The notes under the pieces are model-generated. The model saw nothing but the letters and a program-made list of their open reading frames with translations. It was not told the DNA's origin and did no database searches. A program made the translations under genes and the position numbers. Positions 1 through 8,259 of a DNA stretch of 64,000 bases are shown here, in pieces. The DNA is from a virus: IMG/VR virus record IMGVR_UViG_3300046816_000078; one strand, 5' to 3'. Every line of letters begins with the position of its first letter. The first letter of the stretch is position 1.

Positions 1-503
1 TGCACAGTTTCCTCTGCACGCTGCAATACCGGCTTACCGTTGATGATGCAGATAGCGTAAGTACCAACCGAAGACGGCGAGGTATGAATGCCGAAAGGCT
101 CCATCTGTGGCAAGGTAGTCCACTGACCAGAAGGCAGAACCTTATTCTGCTTGTTACCCACTACCTGTTCAGGATTGGAAAGCTGAGCGCTATCCGGTAC
201 CGCATTACCCAGTGAAGTACACACTAGAATCGGGTCCTGAACTCCGAAGTTGAAGAAAAAGCTAGTGGACTGATCGCCCTGCGCCGATGCTACTTCGGCG
301 TCAATAAGGATCTGACGCTCAAGACTCCACTTGAAATAGGGGATGGGCTGCGACTGGGTGTACTGCGTTAGCTGGTTATTCGACTGACGTTGCTCGACAT
401 TGGTACCTACCGTGCTGCTAGAAGTACATGCAGCTAGGCCGAGGCCCATTGCAGTAACAGAGCTAATGACGATAGCAGACTTGATCCTACGACTGATATT
501 CAA
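1..503 (-). CDS. Putative lipoprotein, C-terminus beyond window edge
   Basis: TTG start at 503 with AAGGAAA SD upstream. N-terminus MNISRRIKSAIVISSVTAMGLGLAAC gives a signal peptide plus LAAC lipobox. Frame stays open to nt 1, so it is absent from the track as unterminated. Confidence 0.55.
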   Translation of the reverse strand, partial: MNISRRIKSAIVISSVTAMGLGLAACTSSSTVGTNVEQRQSNNQLTQYTQSQPIPYFKWSLERQILIDAEVASAQGDQSTSFFFNFGVQDPILVCTSLGNAVPDSAQLSNPEQVVGNKQNKVLPSGQWTTLPQMEPFGIHTSPSSVGTYAICIINGKPVLQRAEETV

Positions 504-513
504 TTGATTTCCT

Positions 514-945
514 TTACTGTCCGGGCTGACTGGTTACTGCGTAAACGCTAGTGGCGGAAAGTTCTCCACCGACACAGTTAGTTGTGACCCACGACTGATC
601 AGCCGGGGCGATTTCGGTGAGAGAGTTAAGCTGGGCGGCGTCTCCGCAAACGAGCTGAGCAGCATAAGACCGGCTTTGCTTAATATCGTTCTTCATGTTA
701 GCATAAGCGGGATTGTCAATCTGCAATGTATAGCGCTGAACATCCGCGATCTTCTGCGGAATCTCGCTTACCATTGCGGACTGATTACCTACGCCGTGCT
801 GCCGTAGCGTTGCGTCGCGGTTAGTATTGGCCGTGTGGAAAATCCAGCCCACCTGCCACATACCGACAACGGTCCCAACTACTACCGCGATGCCAAGCAG
901 CACACCGGGCACGGAGCGCCAGAATGAGCTATTGAATAGAAACAT
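514..945 (-). CDS. Membrane-anchored hypothetical protein
   Basis: 143-aa ORF with one N-terminal hydrophobic helix (VPGVLLGIAVVVGTVVGMW). Packed 10 nt from the next gene. Confidence 0.6.
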   Translation of the reverse strand: MFLFNSSFWRSVPGVLLGIAVVVGTVVGMWQVGWIFHTANTNRDATLRQHGVGNQSAMVSEIPQKIADVQRYTLQIDNPAYANMKNDIKQSRSYAAQLVCGDAAQLNSLTEIAPADQSWVTTNCVGGELSATSVYAVTSQPGQ

Positions 946-1036
946 TTAATCCTTTTCCTTTTCGTGAACTACACAGATAGGTCGTTTTCGTTGCCCTCGC
1001 CAGAATTCGGGGCAAGTGCAGAGTGCGTCGAGTAGG

Positions 1037-1153
1037 TTAGCCATTAGTGGACCTTGCCAGATCCGCGATTATCATAATGGTAAGGATCAAACCCAGACCG
1101 CCCGCCAGATAAATGAGCGCTACCGCGATACGGGTTTTCCATTTATCATACAT
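1037..1153 (-). CDS. Small membrane protein (38 aa)
   Basis: Hand-translated MYDKWKTRIAVALIYLAGGLGLILTIMIIADLARSTNG. ATGTATGA overlap with the upstream small ORF. Below the track size cutoff. Confidence 0.4.
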   Translation of the reverse strand: MYDKWKTRIAVALIYLAGGLGLILTIMIIADLARSTNG

Positions 1154-1262
1154 AGAGCCTTTCCACCATCCCCACATACCAACCGAACCACCAGCCCATG
1201 AAGTAAAGCAGTGTCACGGAATTCCTGTGGCCTGTATTAAAGCCATACGTGAATTCGTCCAT
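1146..1262 (-). CDS. Small Trp-rich hydrophobic protein (38 aa)
   Basis: MDEFTYGFNTGHRNSVTLLYFMGWWFGWYVGMVERLYV. TAATG overlap with the upstream ORF. Confidence 0.4.
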   Translation of the reverse strand: MDEFTYGFNTGHRNSVTLLYFMGWWFGWYVGMVERLYV

Positions 1263-1378
1263 TATGAGTCTCCCGGTTCCGCTTCGTGGTCCGTGCTATT
1301 GTTAACATGGTACCATGGATTGCCGTTGCGGGTAATGTCTAGGCGGATTTGCCGTCCGCATTCTTGGCAGAAGGTCAT
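1262..1378 (-). CDS. Small hypothetical protein (38 aa)
   Basis: MTFCQECGRQIRLDITRNGNPWYHVNNSTDHEAEPGDS. AAGGAAA SD lies directly after the polymerase stop codon. Confidence 0.45.
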   Translation of the reverse strand: MTFCQECGRQIRLDITRNGNPWYHVNNSTDHEAEPGDS

Positions 1379-1387
1379 TCAGTTTCC

Positions 1388-3148
1388 TTACTTAGCGCAA
1401 GTTGCGCCCCACGAATTCGCAGGACCGGCGATGTCGCATTCAATAGGAATGATAAGCCCGCTGGGCGAATGCCATTCCCAAGTCATTGCAGCCTTTACGA
1501 CTCGCATAACGTCTTCGACAATATCGATCGGGCAGCAGAACACGATCTCGTCGTGAACTGTCACTCGCACATATGGCCGCACGCTAGCAGGCAATCTAAG
1601 AATGCACTGCTTTAGAATATCAGCGGCGCAGCCCTGACCCATTAGCGCGGGTGCCTGAGTGTAAACGCGATCGGGATCGCATTTCATCAAGCGACCCCAG
1701 CCATTGTTAATCAGCCCGGCTCGCGCCTCTGCACGAATGTTCCGCTGCCAATTCATCAACGTCTGAAACTGCATTTCGCGTTCGCGGAAGTAGTCGTTAA
1801 CTACCTTCGGATCGTGGCCCTGCTTAATCAGCTTATTCTTACCCAGACCGTAGTTAGCACCGTGAGTAATAGGCTTGATCTTATCGCGGAATGCAACGCT
1901 GCCAAAGAACTTCATCGCAATCTCAGAGTGAGGATCGCGGCCATTCTCGAACAACGCCGCATAATTCCTGTCACCACTAAGCCCTGCAATTCCCCGCATG
2001 TCAACCTGGCTAAGGTCACAAGTGAATACTACCCAGCCCGGTTCACCAATGAACACATCGCGTTCGTGGTACCTCAAGCCCTTCTTACCGAATACGGTTA
2101 GCCCCGGCTTAGTAACGCTGGAACGTCCTGATGCCTGGCCCATATTGATATGGGGGAATACTCTATCACCGACTAGGTAATCGTCAACCGTCTGATAAAC
2201 CGTGCGACTGGTTGTAACGATCATCATTAGTTCAAGGACATTGACTAGATCAGGATGCAAGATATCCGTTTCGATCATTTCCCGCAGAGCGTCGGCACCT
2301 GTGGCCAGTTCTTTAGTTTCCGTAACGGGAGGATTGACAACTCCGAATGAATGCCACGCATCGGCAAGCCATTCCTTACCTTCTTGCGTTCGGAAGGGGG
2401 CCTTGAATTCTTCCCATACTTCCTTCTTGTTAGGTTTGCGCCCGGTCCAACCCAAACGGCCCAGTGGCAATCCGTAATCATTGGCCAAGGCGTGCATAGC
2501 CCGCTGCTTACGAGCCTCGGTTTGTTTAATGCGCTTAGCCAGCAATTCCTGATCGACGCGGAAACCATTCAGCGTCATTCGGCCTAGCCAAGACTCAACC
2601 TCGAATTCTCGCTTGGCATACTTCTTGCTAGGTATCCGATCGAATACCCTGTCAAACAAAGCTTGCCCTGCTACCAAATCACCTTCCAGATATGAAAGGT
2701 ACTCGGGATCGTCCAAGGGAATCTGATCTAGGCCGCCATGCTTAGCGGCCAATTCCTTAAGATTGTCGGTCTTGCCCTCGACGCCGTTATTCCGGCAGCT
2801 TTCGGTAAGGTCGTAGCGGTCCTTAGATCCGCCCACATCCCTAGCTTCTGGTGGACGCCTTAGCCTTTCGAGAACCATTGTGTCCAGTGACTTAGCGGCC
2901 AGCTTTTCCCAGTCTACTTGTTCCGGGTAATGATACGCCAGCGCCAAGCCGTCGAAACCAAAGAAGTTGTGAGCGTGAATGTACTCCGCTTTGTCCAGCG
3001 CGGGAATCAATTCGCCCTCAATATCGGCCGTAGTCTTCGGACCATTGTCGGTCATCCAACCACCGACCCTAACGAATTCGCCTACCGGGTCTTTAAATAG
3101 CTGGGAAGCGTCGTTAGTTTCAAGGTCGAATCCTACGAACTTCGGCAT
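1388..3148 (-). CDS. DNA polymerase I-like (family A) with 3'-5' exonuclease domain
   Basis: 586 aa. N-terminal exo motifs FDLETN and HNFFGFD. Polymerase motif B-like KPITHGANYGLG and motif C VTVHDEIVF. GGAGG SD. Confidence 0.9.
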   Translation of the reverse strand: MPKFVGFDLETNDASQLFKDPVGEFVRVGGWMTDNGPKTTADIEGELIPALDKAEYIHAHNFFGFDGLALAYHYPEQVDWEKLAAKSLDTMVLERLRRPPEARDVGGSKDRYDLTESCRNNGVEGKTDNLKELAAKHGGLDQIPLDDPEYLSYLEGDLVAGQALFDRVFDRIPSKKYAKREFEVESWLGRMTLNGFRVDQELLAKRIKQTEARKQRAMHALANDYGLPLGRLGWTGRKPNKKEVWEEFKAPFRTQEGKEWLADAWHSFGVVNPPVTETKELATGADALREMIETDILHPDLVNVLELMMIVTTSRTVYQTVDDYLVGDRVFPHINMGQASGRSSVTKPGLTVFGKKGLRYHERDVFIGEPGWVVFTCDLSQVDMRGIAGLSGDRNYAALFENGRDPHSEIAMKFFGSVAFRDKIKPITHGANYGLGKNKLIKQGHDPKVVNDYFREREMQFQTLMNWQRNIRAEARAGLINNGWGRLMKCDPDRVYTQAPALMGQGCAADILKQCILRLPASVRPYVRVTVHDEIVFCCPIDIVEDVMRVVKAAMTWEWHSPSGLIIPIECDIAGPANSWGATCAK

Positions 3149-3285
3149 TCCTCCGACCCCTTTTCCAGTAGTGCTGCGTAAGCCGCCATCATGCGGCGGT
3201 GTCTGCGTGACGAAATCAAGTTGAGAGTTGCGCAGATGAAATTGACCACTGCACCAATCGTAAAGACGATGATCGCGATATGCAT
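3133..3285 (-). CDS. Small membrane protein (50 aa), alternative to the 3' end of 3216-3449
   Basis: MHIAIIVFTIGAVVNFICATLNLISSRRHRRMMAAYAALLEKGSEECRSS: a TM helix plus basic tail. It ends just inside the polymerase start and conflicts with the overlapping ORF. Confidence 0.3.
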   Translation of the reverse strand: MHIAIIVFTIGAVVNFICATLNLISSRRHRRMMAAYAALLEKGSEECRSS

Positions 3286-3449
3286 AAGCTCCCCAGAGTC
3301 ACGTGACCGTCGAAGTTCCCATTGTAACGATCGATGGTACTAGTCGATCCGTCATTCTCAACTACTACAATTGTGTTAGAGAACAGGAATACTGCCGCTA
3401 CCTCATTCATGGTGGTGACCAGAAAATTCTCTTTATCACGTTCAGCCAT
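3216..3449 (-). CDS. Hypothetical protein (77 aa, internal Met of track ORF 3216-3653)
   Basis: ATG at 3449 overlaps the MazG stop (ATGGCTGA). The longer track start would lie inside the MazG gene. Confidence 0.35.
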   Translation of the reverse strand: MAERDKENFLVTTMNEVAAVFLFSNTIVVVENDGSTSTIDRYNGNFDGHVTLGSLCISRSSSLRLVQWSISSAQLST

Positions 3450-3720
3450 TTTGTGCAAGCCTCCTAGCACGCTTCGTATTCCAGCGGATTTCCTTTTCGT
3501 TGGACCTGTCAGCGATCCGGCCCCAATTGATATCGGGGTTATGATCGATGAAGAATCGCAGCGCGGCGTAAACGTCGCCCATTTCTTCCTCAAGGTGCGC
3601 GAGCTGATCGGGGCTATCACAGCCACCGATAATCTTCGCAGCGGACTGCGCAACCTCAGAGCATTCTTCCGCCAGCTTAGCTAGGCCCGGCAAGTCCTGA
3701 CTCGTAATCCGGTAAGACAC
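3442..3720 (-). CDS. MazG-like nucleotide pyrophosphohydrolase
   Basis: 92 aa with LAEECSEVAQ...HLEEEMGDV, the paired EExxE/ExxD helices typical of all-alpha NTP-PPase. Paralog of 42475-42768. GTG start overlaps the upstream stop. Confidence 0.7.
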   Translation of the reverse strand: MSYRITSQDLPGLAKLAEECSEVAQSAAKIIGGCDSPDQLAHLEEEMGDVYAALRFFIDHNPDINWGRIADRSNEKEIRWNTKRARRLAQNG

Positions 3721-3947
3721 TATACCCTCGCATACTCTCGAACGTCGCCGCTTTCCGTGACAATAACAACCTTCGTATTGAACACGATTACGGTGTTGCC
3801 GTTCTGCTCTGACGTGTATTCGTGTTCGGTTGCGGGAAGACCAAAGGCTTCCTCATAAAGCCGCGTGGTTTCAGACACGTCGTGATCCAGATAGGCTTTC
3901 ATGTGATCTAGCGGCGAATAACCACGCCGATAAAATTCGTCACCCAT
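3720..3947 (-). CDS. Hypothetical protein
   Basis: 75-aa ORF, coupled to neighbours by overlapping start and stop codons. Confidence 0.55.
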   Translation of the reverse strand: MGDEFYRRGYSPLDHMKAYLDHDVSETTRLYEEAFGLPATEHEYTSEQNGNTVIVFNTKVVIVTESGDVREYARV

Positions 3948-4152
3948 TTACAAAACCTCCACTGCGTGAGCGATCGAACGCCCGGATCTCTGACATTTCA
4001 TCAGGGCCGATTTGCTCGATAGCTTCCTTGAACTTTACCTTGTCAGTGCTGTTCGGTGCTGCAACTTCCGCGCCGGGACCAGAGTCAGCCCAGAGAGCGT
4101 CGAAGTCTTTACCGCGCCGAATGGTAGTTCGCGCTTCGTAGTAACTTTCCAC
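3940..4152 (-). CDS. Hypothetical protein
   Basis: 70-aa ORF with GTG start and AAAGGG SD. Overlaps the upstream gene by 44 nt. Confidence 0.45.
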   Translation of the reverse strand: MESYYEARTTIRRGKDFDALWADSGPGAEVAAPNSTDKVKFKEAIEQIGPDEMSEIRAFDRSRSGGFVNG

Positions 4153-4342
4153 TGTCGCCAGCCCTTTCCTTGAGTAGCGCGGAAATGCGCCACAACGTGT
4201 TAGCTACGCCGTGGCCGTCAAGACCGATTTCTTCCAGGCAAAGACCCGAAGCACGGTTACCCGCGTCATCGAAGAACGCCGCGTTAATGCGGTTAATGCC
4301 TTGTGCAACAGTTTCTTCGTTGTCATGGTTCTCAATTGTCAT
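4109..4342 (-). CDS. Hypothetical protein (77 aa)
   Basis: Internal Met MTIENHD chosen because its ATG overlaps the upstream stop as ATGA. Confidence 0.5.
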   Translation of the reverse strand: MTIENHDNEETVAQGINRINAAFFDDAGNRASGLCLEEIGLDGHGVANTLWRISALLKERAGDSGKLLRSANYHSAR

Positions 4343-4557
4343 CGGGTCTTCCCTTCCTTTTCCTTGGCGCACTTCTTGCAAGTCAAGATGACAGCCTTAC
4401 GACGGCGGTTCTTGCGATAACGGTGCATACAGAAAAACTGCTCCCATGCAGAAGCATTCTTAACTTTCTTGTTACCGCACTTCTTGCAAGTCTTGCGCTT
4501 CTTACCGGCGATAAGCTTGGACCACTTACCGTAATCGTGGAAGCAGAAAAACGGCAT
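4339..4557 (-). CDS. Small basic Cys-rich (zinc-finger-like) protein
   Basis: 72 aa, very Lys/Arg rich, with two CKKC pairs plus additional Cys/His. Confidence 0.55.
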   Translation of the reverse strand: MPFFCFHDYGKWSKLIAGKKRKTCKKCGNKKVKNASAWEQFFCMHRYRKNRRRKAVILTCKKCAKEKEGKTR

Positions 4558-4563
4558 GGGATG

Positions 4564-4815
4564 CTACCTGCTGACCTTCCTAGGATTCATGGAACCAGGG
4601 CGATTGTAGCCCTTCATAAGCCTAGCCTCACAGTCGCTAGCACGAGGCTCGAAATGCGCTGCCCTGATAGCTGCCCTGCGAGCAATGCCAGCAGGGGAAT
4701 GCACACGGGGCCGACCATTGCGAACGTGCTTCTTACCAGTAGACTTACGACCACTGGCCATAGTATTCCTGGTAAGAGCACCATTCGTCTTAACGCCTGT
4801 TTCGGTGTCAGACAT
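4564..4815 (-). CDS. Hypothetical basic protein
   Basis: 83-aa ORF in the same-strand gene train. Confidence 0.5.
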   Translation of the reverse strand: MSDTETGVKTNGALTRNTMASGRKSTGKKHVRNGRPRVHSPAGIARRAAIRAAHFEPRASDCEARLMKGYNRPGSMNPRKVSR

Positions 4816-5044
4816 CTTCCGCGATCTTCTCGGCTGCGGCCAGCTTCACCTTAGCAAGATAGACGATACCGGCAAAGGCCAGGTCGAGAACGTCGGACGG
4901 TGGCGTGATAGCCAGCGCCAGAGAAAGAGCCGCGAAAGTATCCGTATGGTCGTCTTCCTCCCGCATGAATCGCGCCACATTCTCGGCCTTGAAATCCAGC
5001 TCGGCGGTTACGGCTTCGAGAATGGCTTCGAGTTCTGCATTCAT
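4808..5044 (-). CDS. Hypothetical acidic protein
   Basis: 78-aa ORF with an 8-nt overlap with the downstream gene. Confidence 0.5.
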   Translation of the reverse strand: MNAELEAILEAVTAELDFKAENVARFMREEDDHTDTFAALSLALAITPPSDVLDLAFAGIVYLAKVKLAAAEKIAEDV

Positions 5045-5071
5045 TAATCTATTTCCTTTTCGTTTGGTTAC

Positions 5072-5242
5072 TTACAGGTTAGTGAATCCGGGGACCTGGC
5101 TGCCGCGCTGATCGGCGGGAGTAATTCGCCAGCCCTTCTTGGACTCGCCATTCCGCAGCTTGCGCATAACGAAGTCCTTCGTAGCAGCCGGGAGCGAATC
5201 GAAGTATCCGCCTACGGTGATGATTACCCTAGCGTCGTTCAT
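5072..5242 (-). CDS. Hypothetical protein (56 aa)
   Basis: Hand-translated MNDARVIITVGGYFDSLPAATKDFVMRKLRNGESKKGWRITPADQRGSQVPGFTNL. Fills an otherwise empty 200-nt gap. Confidence 0.45.
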   Translation of the reverse strand: MNDARVIITVGGYFDSLPAATKDFVMRKLRNGESKKGWRITPADQRGSQVPGFTNL

Positions 5243-5250
5243 TAAAACTC

Positions 5251-5496
5251 CTACTCGTTTACGGTTACGTTGACAGCGGCAAGGTTAGTGCCCTTACCAA
5301 TTCGCGGAAACCCCACGATTGTCACGTTCTGGCCTTGGTGCAATTCAGGTGCGAATAGCTGCTGGTATTTCAGCGTGCTAACCCAGCCTGTTGCAGTCTC
5401 TACGCGGACGGTATGGAACTGAAAGCCGCGCTGATCTGATCGATGTCGAAATGATTGGACAATGCCGGTTACGGTAATCGGCGTCGGCTGCTTCAC
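5251..5496 (-). CDS. Hypothetical protein
   Basis: 81-aa ORF with an ATGA-type overlap with the upstream HNH gene. Confidence 0.55.
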   Translation of the reverse strand: MKQPTPITVTGIVQSFRHRSDQRGFQFHTVRVETATGWVSTLKYQQLFAPELHQGQNVTIVGFPRIGKGTNLAAVNVTVNE

Positions 5497-5969
5497 TGTC
5501 CTAGTCTTTCTAGCAGGTATTCCATACCGCGATCATTCTTAACGGCGTTGCAGGACTGACAAAGCCATTGCACGTTACCTGGTACGTAACCCAGCTCAGG
5601 AACTATCCTGTCGATCGAGGGAGAATTAGGCTGAATCCGTCCTTCACCTCGCTGCATGGTTACACTACAGGCAGGACAGTTGGCGGGACATTCACCAACC
5701 GAATCCATAAACGACTCGTCAAAAGAAACGCCCGATTGTGATGCCCTGCGCTCAGCCATACGAATCATAATCGCTCGCAGATATTGCTCAGGGTTATCCT
5801 TCTTCCATTGCTCAGTAGCCTGTTTGTGTTCATCGTACTTATCAGGTTCAATTACGTACCTGACCGTACTGTGATCACAACCGATAATCCTAGCAATGGC
5901 TCGATAGCTAAGTTCTTCCTCTTGCCGGTAGTAGCGAATTCGCGCCCTGTCGCCGTCAGTGAGCTTCAT
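5493..5969 (-). CDS. HNH / endonuclease VII-type nuclease with N-terminal HTH
   Basis: HTH-like SYRAIARIIGCDHSTVRY. C-terminal CPACS...SIDRIVPELGYVPGNVQWLCQSCNAVK is a typical HNH/EndoVII zinc core. Confidence 0.75.
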   Translation of the reverse strand: MKLTDGDRARIRYYRQEEELSYRAIARIIGCDHSTVRYVIEPDKYDEHKQATEQWKKDNPEQYLRAIMIRMAERRASQSGVSFDESFMDSVGECPANCPACSVTMQRGEGRIQPNSPSIDRIVPELGYVPGNVQWLCQSCNAVKNDRGMEYLLERLGQ

Positions 5970-6130
5970 TACTGAATCAAATCCTTACCTTCGCGCCAAT
6001 CGAGAAAGGTCTGATCGCTCAGTATCTCCATTGGGTCACGCGGGTCATCGAGGTAACTATGCTCTGTTACTCCGGGCACATACTCGGGATCGTCATCTCT
6101 CCATTCAAAATTTACGTCACACATTTGCAT
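5969..6130 (-). CDS. Hypothetical acidic protein (53 aa)
   Basis: MQMCDVNFEWRDDDPEYVPGV... with TAATG overlaps at both ends. Confidence 0.45.
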   Translation of the reverse strand: MQMCDVNFEWRDDDPEYVPGVTEHSYLDDPRDPMEILSDQTFLDWREGKDLIQ

Positions 6131-7035
6131 TACCTCCCAACCGCGAATAGGTTCGTCTTAGCTTCTACTAGGTCTTCTAGGTCTTCGTCGCCCTCTACAC
6201 AAAGCAGGTCAACTCGCCCGTTGTCAGTGATCTTTTCGCATACCTCAAGAACAAGATAATCGTAAAGACCGCTGTTACGAATCTTGGTCAGCTCGACTCG
6301 GGTCAAGGTCTTGAGCCAGTCACCGAATAGCGAGTCTTCATAATCCCATACTGGGGTCAGCAACTCACGCTCTTGAGCGAGCCGGTACATTACCGTTCGC
6401 CTAGATACCTTAGCTGCCTTTCGGATCTCATCCACGGTAAGCTCACCGATAGCCTGCATCGCCAGGAATGGGAATTCCTTTACGAATCGGCGCAGGTAAC
6501 GAGATCCAGGATCAGCCAACGAAGCCATGATTTCATCGTAGTTTACGCTTGGCTCATCGGGAGGTGATATCGTGTTAAAGGTTTCACCTGGACCACACTG
6601 CGGCTCAGCACTCCATTCCTCTTGGATACGATCCAATGAGTCATGCATCGACTTGTCACCGTTACGATGAATCATCCTGCTAACGTTCTTAGCTAGGTTG
6701 ATCCGTAGATTGTAAGCAAGGATAGACTTAACCCTACTCTCATCCTTAGCTACCTCAAATTCCCACCTAACGAGTTGACCGGAGTAAGCTACATTAACGT
6801 CTAGCAAGCTTGCATAAGTGATTACCAGTATGTCAGCTTCTTGCTTAACGTCATCACGAAAATGCTGTTCGAGATCAAAGCTCTGCATAACCGAATCAGT
6901 CACCCAACGAATCTGTGGGGCGAAACGGTCGAGAACGCTGATAGCATCGATGTCCTTGGTCACTGTCTTCCCTTCTGTAAGTAGCTGGTAACAGTGCGGA
7001 TCTCTCAAGTTTTGATCGACGCGGTGAATCTTCAA
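6130..7035 (-). CDS. Putative DNA-binding / sigma-like regulator with C-terminal HTH
   Basis: 301 aa. LTVDEIRKAAKVSRRTVMYRLAQ resembles a sigma-70 region 4 type HTH. First gene behind its own promoter. TTG start without a clear SD, so the start is uncertain. Confidence 0.5.
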   Translation of the reverse strand: MKIHRVDQNLRDPHCYQLLTEGKTVTKDIDAISVLDRFAPQIRWVTDSVMQSFDLEQHFRDDVKQEADILVITYASLLDVNVAYSGQLVRWEFEVAKDESRVKSILAYNLRINLAKNVSRMIHRNGDKSMHDSLDRIQEEWSAEPQCGPGETFNTISPPDEPSVNYDEIMASLADPGSRYLRRFVKEFPFLAMQAIGELTVDEIRKAAKVSRRTVMYRLAQERELLTPVWDYEDSLFGDWLKTLTRVELTKIRNSGLYDYLVLEVCEKITDNGRVDLLCVEGDEDLEDLVEAKTNLFAVGR

Positions 7036-7132
7036 TATTTAGGACGGGCAGACGACGCGGCGCTAGTGCAAAACACCAGGTCAGCAGCTTTCAAGATCCA
7101 CTGCACTGTCACGATTTTCAGTTGTTAAGTCA

Positions 7133-7161
7133 ACTTTACCATACTTCCCCGCGAACGTCAA
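7133..7161 (-). promoter_or_regulatory. Sigma70-like promoter for the 7035-to-1 operon
   Basis: On the minus strand: TTGACG, 17-nt spacer, TAAAGT. Located between the upstream terminator and the 7035 start. Confidence 0.5.
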
Positions 7162-7180
7162 ACGCTCCCTAGTCCCAGAT

Positions 7181-7220
7181 ACACAAAAAGACCCCAGCCC
7201 GCCGAAGCAGACTAGGGTCT
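7181..7220 (-). terminator. Intrinsic terminator after the lysis cassette
   Basis: Minus strand reads AGACCCTAG-loop-CTGGGGTCT followed by TTTTTGTGT, 34 nt downstream of the endolysin stop. Confidence 0.75.
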
Positions 7221-7253
7221 TCCTGATGAGTTACTAGTAGTTTAAGATAGAAG

Positions 7254-8231
7254 TTAGGCGGTAACTATCGTCTCAGCATGTGGGGGAGCAGTAGCGCCAC
7301 CGTTAGCCCAGACATAGAATTTATACTGCCATCCTGGTACAAGCAGATCAAACCTGGCCGACGTTCCGGTAACAATCTGATCGGCTGCGCCCCGAACACC
7401 GTTCATCTGGTAGCACTGCACTGTGTAGCCGGTTGGCAGGTTTCCGTTAACCTTCGCGGTAACTGCATTCCAGCGAATACTTACAGATGTACGCTTACCC
7501 GACATGGACAGATTAGTCGGAGCAGGGTAAGCAGTAGTGCTCGGCGGCGTAATGATTTCTACGGGAGGCTTAACAATTCCTGCCCGCCAACCCATCGCCG
7601 CAAGCTCAGACACGGAGTGATGCGCAATCGAAGTGTCACACCTTCCCGCGCCTGCCCAGTTAGTGATGTTAGCACCGACTACTCCATTGGTACTCTGCCA
7701 CAGAGTATGAGGCAGAAGCCCAGTTTCAGTAGCCTTGTAAGAAGCTACCCACGTATGACGTGCGGAGTTAAAGATAGGCGTTAGCCCCTGAGTCTGCGCG
7801 AAACTATTTCCGCTGTAAAGCCACGACCGCATATTAAGCGGCAGCTTGTCCAGCCCGTAGAAATGATCCACGTAACCCAGCCACGCATTAGCCCGGCTCG
7901 ACTGATTACCCGAACCTTCTTCCAGGTCCAGCATAAAAACTGTACCGGGGAAGACGGCCGATGCGGGACCAATCCACGCGCAGAATGCCTTAGCCTGCGA
8001 CACTGCATCTTGGCCTGCTACCAGGTAATGATAAAGACCGATGAACGGGAAATTGTTAGCCTTTAGGGAAGTGTAGTTAGATACGAACATATGGTCAAGG
8101 TGAGCATTGCCATATCCAACGCGGATAATTCCAGCACCACCATTCTGCTTTTTAATTCCAGCCCAGTTAGGAGCGCTGCCACTTGATACAGTCTGGAACT
8201 CGCTAACGTCGGGCATCTTAGTATCGGTCAT
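7254..8231 (-). CDS. Endolysin, GH25 muramidase domain plus C-terminal Ig/FN3-like domain
   Basis: N-terminal PDVSEFQ...GIIRVGYG...LDLEEG pattern typical of glycoside hydrolase family 25. C-terminal beta-rich about 90 aa. Confidence 0.75.
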   Translation of the reverse strand: MTDTKMPDVSEFQTVSSGSAPNWAGIKKQNGGAGIIRVGYGNAHLDHMFVSNYTSLKANNFPFIGLYHYLVAGQDAVSQAKAFCAWIGPASAVFPGTVFMLDLEEGSGNQSSRANAWLGYVDHFYGLDKLPLNMRSWLYSGNSFAQTQGLTPIFNSARHTWVASYKATETGLLPHTLWQSTNGVVGANITNWAGAGRCDTSIAHHSVSELAAMGWRAGIVKPPVEIITPPSTTAYPAPTNLSMSGKRTSVSIRWNAVTAKVNGNLPTGYTVQCYQMNGVRGAADQIVTGTSARFDLLVPGWQYKFYVWANGGATAPPHAETIVTA

Positions 8232-8259
8232 GTTAAACCTTTCGGTCGTTTTACTTTAA

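Noticed and set aside
1016-1615. Plus-strand ORFs 1016-1201, 1113-1556 and 1349-1615.
   Set aside because: They are antisense to the polymerase 3' end and to three coupled small minus-strand ORFs, and no ribosome-binding sites are present.
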